Below are positions 52,775 through 56,614 of a stretch of DNA of 56,614 nt, piece by piece (positions within the stretch are counted from its first letter, which is position 1; each line of letters opens with the position of its first letter). Both the position numbers and the translations under genes were made by a program. The stretch spans positions 1-56,614 of the forward strand of contig SHYV01000001.1 in NCBI GenBank assembly GCA_009692605.1, written 5' to 3'. The notes beneath the pieces were generated by a model. It was not told the DNA's origin. It was given only the letters and a program-made list of their open reading frames with translations, and ran no database searches. Origin of the DNA: Myxococcales bacterium. Its GTDB lineage: Bacteria > Myxococcota_A > UBA796 > SXON01.

Positions 52775-55483
52775 CTACGGGGCCCAGCCACAGGTCTTCA
52801 CGCCGGGTCCAGTCCAGACGCCATCCCCGTCTCCGTCGATCCGCACCGGGTTGGTGATCAGGCGGGGGACCACGGCGGCGTCGTAGTCTGTCAGCCCCCG
52901 CGGCATCGGGCCTTCGCCGATGGCGATCACCACTACATAGCTGTCCTGCCCTACGGGCAAGGCGAGGTCCGCGGTGACGTCGAGCTTGATGATCCCGCCG
53001 GGGTCCGACGCAGGAAGCGACAGCGCCGCATCGCAATTCACGATGACCTCTACCCGCGTCACGTCGATCGCCTTCAGCCCGAGCACCCGGACGGAGAGCG
53101 ACCCGATCCCGTCGACCACGCTCGCCAGGTCTCCGGGACCGGCGCCGTCCACCGTGACCTCGGCGAACGCGCCTGAGCTGATCTGTGCGCGGCCCGCTAG
53201 GACGCTGGTCGCCAAATCATCTGCGGTGAACGCGCCGATCGTGTCGTCATCGACCCGGACATAGGTGCGGGGGGTGCCGGGCGTGTCCATCCCGTGCTCG
53301 TCGGTGACGCCCACTCCGGTCGGGTGATGACCGAGGTTGTAGAAGGCGAACCAGTCGTTTAGCGCGCCGGTGTGCTGCGGGTCCTCGGGGTCGAGGTACG
53401 GGCTACGCTCACCGTTGAGGACCTCAAAGCTGTCGAAGTCCCAGGACCAGATCGCCTCGCTCGCTGTCAGGCCCAACGCGTCCGGATCGTCGGTGGAGGG
53501 GTCCTCCCCCATGCGGTCCCAGTCCAGGAGGCACAAGATGCCGCACTCGCCGTTGACCCGGGCGTGGTTGAGCTGGATGATGGACGCGCCGCGCTCACGC
53601 TCTGCCGCAAAGATGCCCTCCAGACCGAGGCCGTACCAGAGCACGGGCTCACCGCGCCCGGCGTCGACCACCGGGAAGGGCCAGGCGTTGGTATGCTCTG
53701 GCAGGCTCGCGGTGACCTCGCTGCCGAGCACGTAGAGCATCTGGTCCTCGAGCGAGGTGGCGAGGACCGCGTCGGAGAGGTCGACGATCGCCTCGTGGTC
53801 CGTCGAGATCATCGCGTCCAGGCCGCTGCCTGCAACCGTCCGCATGCGCGTCTCGGGCAGCACCGGGCTGTCGGGGCTGGGGCCACAATGGACATGGCTG
53901 TCGACGCTGGCCCATCCGGTGGTGTCGATCACGTGGGTCATCTCGATCACCACGTCCGTGACGCCATCTTCGGGCACATCCACGTCGACGGTGACGGGCT
54001 CGTATTCGTAGCCGCGCGTGATCCAGGCCGTCCAGTGGCCGGGAGGCACCGCCACGAACGGCTGGTTCGGGATCGGGTAGTCTACGAGCACGGTGCCATC
54101 GTCGCGCTCCAGCTCGATGCGTACAGGGAGCGCGGGTCCATCTCCGTCGTGCGCGCTCATGGTGATCATTCCGAACGGGCCGATCCCGAGCACGACGTCG
54201 CCGCTAGTCGTCTCGTCCACGCCTACGGGGTCACCGGGATCGCGTCCGTCCTGCCGCGCCTGCAGGCTACACGCCCCGGTCAGCATCGCTCGGCCGCCGA
54301 ACTCTCCGGTGGCGCTCGCCACGAAGGTGGTCAGGACGGCGTCTCCACCGGAGGCGTTGACGCAGCGTAGGTCCACGGCGGCCCCGGCCGGAGCCATCGC
54401 CGCGCCGGCCGCCGCCGAAGTGGACGCCACCGTTCCGCCGATGTCGACCCAGTGCACGTCGGTGCCGGGGACGGGGTCAGCCAGGTAGGCCTCAAGGCCT
54501 GCGGCGGCGCTCGCCCCATCGGTTGGGCCGACAGAGAGGACGAAGGAGGTCGTCGCGCTTCCGTCCGCGATCTGAAGGGGTGTCACCGCGTGATTCACGT
54601 CGAGTAACACCATGACCCCGGCGATCTCGGTCTGCGCGATCGCTGCGCCTGGCATCGCGATCGCGGTGGACCCGGTCGCGGTGCTGCTGCCCACCCAGGG
54701 CACCCCGGTGGCGAGGTTGACCCCGCCGAGCGAGAGGTCGCCCGACGCCCAAGCGGTCGACTCCATGCCGTCGGGCGGAAAGACGACCGCTCCGGTCAGG
54801 AAGCCGTCGGTGACGGGCTCGCCGCCTAGTTCCACGTCGACCTGCAGCGCGGAAGCGCCGGGTTCAAGCGTGTAGCGGACGAGCACGTCCAGCCCGTACA
54901 GGTCGCTCAGCTCCTGACGGCCTCCACCCTCGAACACCCGCCGCATGAGCGTAAGCTCGATCAGCCAGAAGCGGTCGTCGGTCCCGCGCACCTCGACCAC
55001 CGCGGCTTCTCCGTCCTTGCCGTCGTTGACGACCGCGACCGTGTCCCCGCGAAACATGTGGAGGGTGCTGGCTTCGAAGTCGAGCAAGTCAATCTGGCCG
55101 ATGATGAACGCCGCCTCGCCGAAGACCTCCGGACCGACCTGCTCGCACCCATCCAGAGCGACGGCGTCGACCGGCGTTCCGCCGTAGTGGACGTAGGTGC
55201 GAGGGCTGTAGGGCCCTCCGGCCTCCTTTCCTGGGTCGTTGGCGATGGCTGGGCCCTGAATGACGAACGCCGCCGTTTCATTGAGCAGCAGCACGTCTCC
55301 GGGGGCCGCTAAGGCGTCGGGTCCCCAGGGGGTCTCCGCCACGTCGGTCAGCTCACGGGCCAGGGCCCTGCCGGGAGAGGGGCAGCCGTGCAGGAACAGG
55401 CCCTCGCCGACATCGGCGCCCGAGTCGACCGGAGCGGGGGGGGCGGGCTGGCAACCGGGGAGGAGCAGGAGCAGGAGCATCAT
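52775..55483 (-). CDS. Large (902 aa) lipoprotein with a central PHP/CehA-McbA-type metallohydrolase-like domain
   Basis: Lipobox MMLLLLLLPGC. His/Asp motifs VDSHVHCGPSPDS, MISTDHEAIVD and LNHARVNGE. The flanking ~400-aa N-terminal and ~200-aa C-terminal regions are unassigned. Confidence 0.7.
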   Translation of the reverse strand: MMLLLLLLPGCQPAPPAPVDSGADVGEGLFLHGCPSPGRALARELTDVAETPWGPDALAAPGDVLLLNETAAFVIQGPAIANDPGKEAGGPYSPRTYVHYGGTPVDAVALDGCEQVGPEVFGEAAFIIGQIDLLDFEASTLHMFRGDTVAVVNDGKDGEAAVVEVRGTDDRFWLIELTLMRRVFEGGGRQELSDLYGLDVLVRYTLEPGASALQVDVELGGEPVTDGFLTGAVVFPPDGMESTAWASGDLSLGGVNLATGVPWVGSSTATGSTAIAMPGAAIAQTEIAGVMVLLDVNHAVTPLQIADGSATTSFVLSVGPTDGASAAAGLEAYLADPVPGTDVHWVDIGGTVASTSAAAGAAMAPAGAAVDLRCVNASGGDAVLTTFVASATGEFGGRAMLTGACSLQARQDGRDPGDPVGVDETTSGDVVLGIGPFGMITMSAHDGDGPALPVRIELERDDGTVLVDYPIPNQPFVAVPPGHWTAWITRGYEYEPVTVDVDVPEDGVTDVVIEMTHVIDTTGWASVDSHVHCGPSPDSPVLPETRMRTVAGSGLDAMISTDHEAIVDLSDAVLATSLEDQMLYVLGSEVTASLPEHTNAWPFPVVDAGRGEPVLWYGLGLEGIFAAERERGASIIQLNHARVNGECGILCLLDWDRMGEDPSTDDPDALGLTASEAIWSWDFDSFEVLNGERSPYLDPEDPQHTGALNDWFAFYNLGHHPTGVGVTDEHGMDTPGTPRTYVRVDDDTIGAFTADDLATSVLAGRAQISSGAFAEVTVDGAGPGDLASVVDGIGSLSVRVLGLKAIDVTRVEVIVNCDAALSLPASDPGGIIKLDVTADLALPVGQDSYVVVIAIGEGPMPRGLTDYDAAVVPRLITNPVRIDGDGDGVWTGPGVKTCGWAP

Positions 55484-55562
55484 CGGGAGGTATCCGGCCG
55501 GACAGCGAGGAGCGCCAGCGCGCGGCCCCTCGGGCTATGATCTCCGTCCGTTAGAGGTCCCG

Positions 55563-56141
55563 ATGTCATCGCGCCTGTCCCTGTGCCCGCTGCTCGCTGT
55601 CCTGGGCTGCTCCGGTCAGCCTGCCGACGACTCGGCCGCGCCGGCCGACACCGACGCGGACACCGATGCTGATTCAGACACCGACACCGATTCAGACACC
55701 GACGCGGACACCGACACCGGTGACATCGAGCTTCCGGCCAGCCCCTTCCCGATCATCCTCGCCTTGAGCGGGGACGCGAATGAGTCGGTGCGCTTCGACA
55801 CCGTGGTCTGCTCGCACCCTCCGAACAACCAGCTGCAGCTCACCTACTCGGACAGCACGTCGGCCTCCTCCTGGAACCTGCGGGTGTTCGTCCGCGAAAC
55901 GTTTTCGGGCGCGGGGACCTACTCCACCACCGTCGAGGCCCAGCTGCTCGAGAACGTGAGCGGTGGGCGCTACTTCTCGGCCAGCACATCGACCGGCGCG
56001 GCGGTGGCGCTGACCGTGGAGGGCTTCGGCACCAACGGCGCGTTCGGGAGCCTCACGACCGACCCGCTGACGATGGACGCCTCTGAGGTGGCGGTCTCGC
56101 CGCAGCCCATCCCGTTCTGGTGCGACGTGATCGCGGACTGA
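55563..56141 (+). CDS. Hypothetical lipoprotein with an Asp-Thr/Ala/Ser linker
   Basis: ATG at 55563 gives MSSRLSLCPLLAVLGCSG (lipobox), followed by DTDADTDADSDTDTDSDTDADTDTGD. Confidence 0.65.
   Translation: MSSRLSLCPLLAVLGCSGQPADDSAAPADTDADTDADSDTDTDSDTDADTDTGDIELPASPFPIILALSGDANESVRFDTVVCSHPPNNQLQLTYSDSTSASSWNLRVFVRETFSGAGTYSTTVEAQLLENVSGGRYFSASTSTGAAVALTVEGFGTNGAFGSLTTDPLTMDASEVAVSPQPIPFWCDVIAD
55647..55722 (+). repeat. 6-bp periodic GAC-NCN coding repeat (Asp-Thr/Ala/Ser linker)
   Basis: Read directly from the sequence: gacaccgacgcggacaccgatgctgattcagacaccgacaccgattcagacaccgacgcggacaccgacaccggtgac. Confidence 0.8.
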
Positions 56142-56210
56142 CCGGGGCCTGAACGGCGCCTGATCGCGGCACAGCCCTTGCTTGCGCCGGGTCGTCACCT
56201 GAGCGCCCCC

Positions 56211-56471
56211 GTGAGCGATTGGAATTTCCGGACCATCATCGAACCGTTTCGCATCAAGGCGGTCGAGCCCATTCCGATCCTGAGCCGGGCCGAGCGCGAG
56301 GCCGCTCTGGACGCCGCGGGGCACAACGTCTTTCGTCTGCCGGCCGCCACGGTCACTATCGACCTGCTGACCGACTCGGGCTCCGGCGCGATGAGCGCGG
56401 CCCAGGGGTCCGCGTTGATGATCGGCGACGAGAGCTGCGCCGGCAGTCGCTCATTTCTGCACCTTAAGTAG
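56211..56471 (+). pseudogene. 5' fragment of a tryptophanase / tyrosine phenol-lyase (beta-eliminating lyase) gene, truncated after about 87 codons
   Basis: [17 protein letters not shown]...[14 protein letters not shown]...[17 protein letters not shown] is collinear with the TnaA/TPL N-terminus. A TAG at 56469-56471 comes where ...xxVxxxFG...PTHQGRGAE should follow, and no frame downstream shows that motif. Confidence 0.6.
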
Positions 56472-56614
56472 GTAATACGCCGGCTTGACTTGGCGCCATC
56501 GCCATCGATTTGGCTATCGCCGCCGCCGGCGGTCCGCGGGACACCTCCCGTGCTGGCCTCCCGTCGGGCGGACTGTGCCGACCTGTTCCGCAGCGAGCTG
56601 ATCCTCGGCGAGGG

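Noticed and set aside
51543-53176. ORFs 51543-52757 (-, 404 aa) and 51746-53176 (+, 476 aa) overlapping arsS, the GT2 gene and the PHP gene
   Set aside because: They are shadow or out-of-frame ORFs. The accepted frames carry radical SAM, GT2 and PHP motifs.
56472-56614. Continuation of the tryptophanase-like gene in another frame, or a new gene at the window end
   Set aside because: None of the three forward frames shows the expected PTHQGRGAE region. One frame (…ADCADLFRSELILGE) and one reverse frame look vaguely coding, but 143 nt is too short to call.
1-56614. Prophage, IS element, integron or genomic island with integrase or transposase
   Set aside because: I recognised no transposase or integrase motifs, no terminal inverted repeats and no tRNA attachment site in any frame. 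The only breakpoint-like feature is at about 56470.

Overview
High-GC segment (roughly 70% by eye, not computed) of a bacterial chromosome. Several traits suggest Myxococcota, as an inference only: many Hanks-type Ser/Thr kinases, Cys/Asp-rich MopE-type repeat lipoproteins, Asp-Thr linker lipoproteins and GldF/GldG-like genes. The window spans the replication-origin neighbourhood, with recF-dnaN-dnaA on the minus strand facing rpmH-rnpA-yidD-yidC-jag on the plus strand. An AT-rich cluster of DnaA-box-like sites in the dnaA-dnaN spacer (29168-29494) is the best oriC candidate. About 50 CDS can be supported, mostly housekeeping or envelope genes: XPB-like and UvrD-like helicases, bpt, rlmN, livJHM-type ABC components, ETF-QO, an EVE-domain protein, asnS, a tandem FKBP, ychJ, a rhomboid, rpmG and a rhodanese. 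The most unusual locus is a same-strand three-gene cassette at 9208-12988. It encodes an unknown Gly-tract protein, a Hanks kinase with an unassignable ~300-aa N-terminal domain and a C-terminal tail anchor, and a tightly coupled PD-(D/E)xK-like protein whose 3' end shows a reading-frame anomaly. I flag it as a candidate undescribed conflict or signalling module. Other notable loci are an arsM-arsS-glycosyltransferase arsenosugar-type cluster (49855-52766) and a decayed paralogue of a GT-C-like membrane protein (48709-49831). There is also a tryptophanase-like gene truncated after about 87 codons (56211-56471), a winged-helix/(AAEP)n/His-rich protein, and a bacterial C-type lectin fused to MopE repeats. 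I recognised no rRNA, tRNA, CRISPR array, transposase or integrase. Many long ORFs in the supplied track are antisense shadow ORFs typical of high-GC DNA and were rejected.
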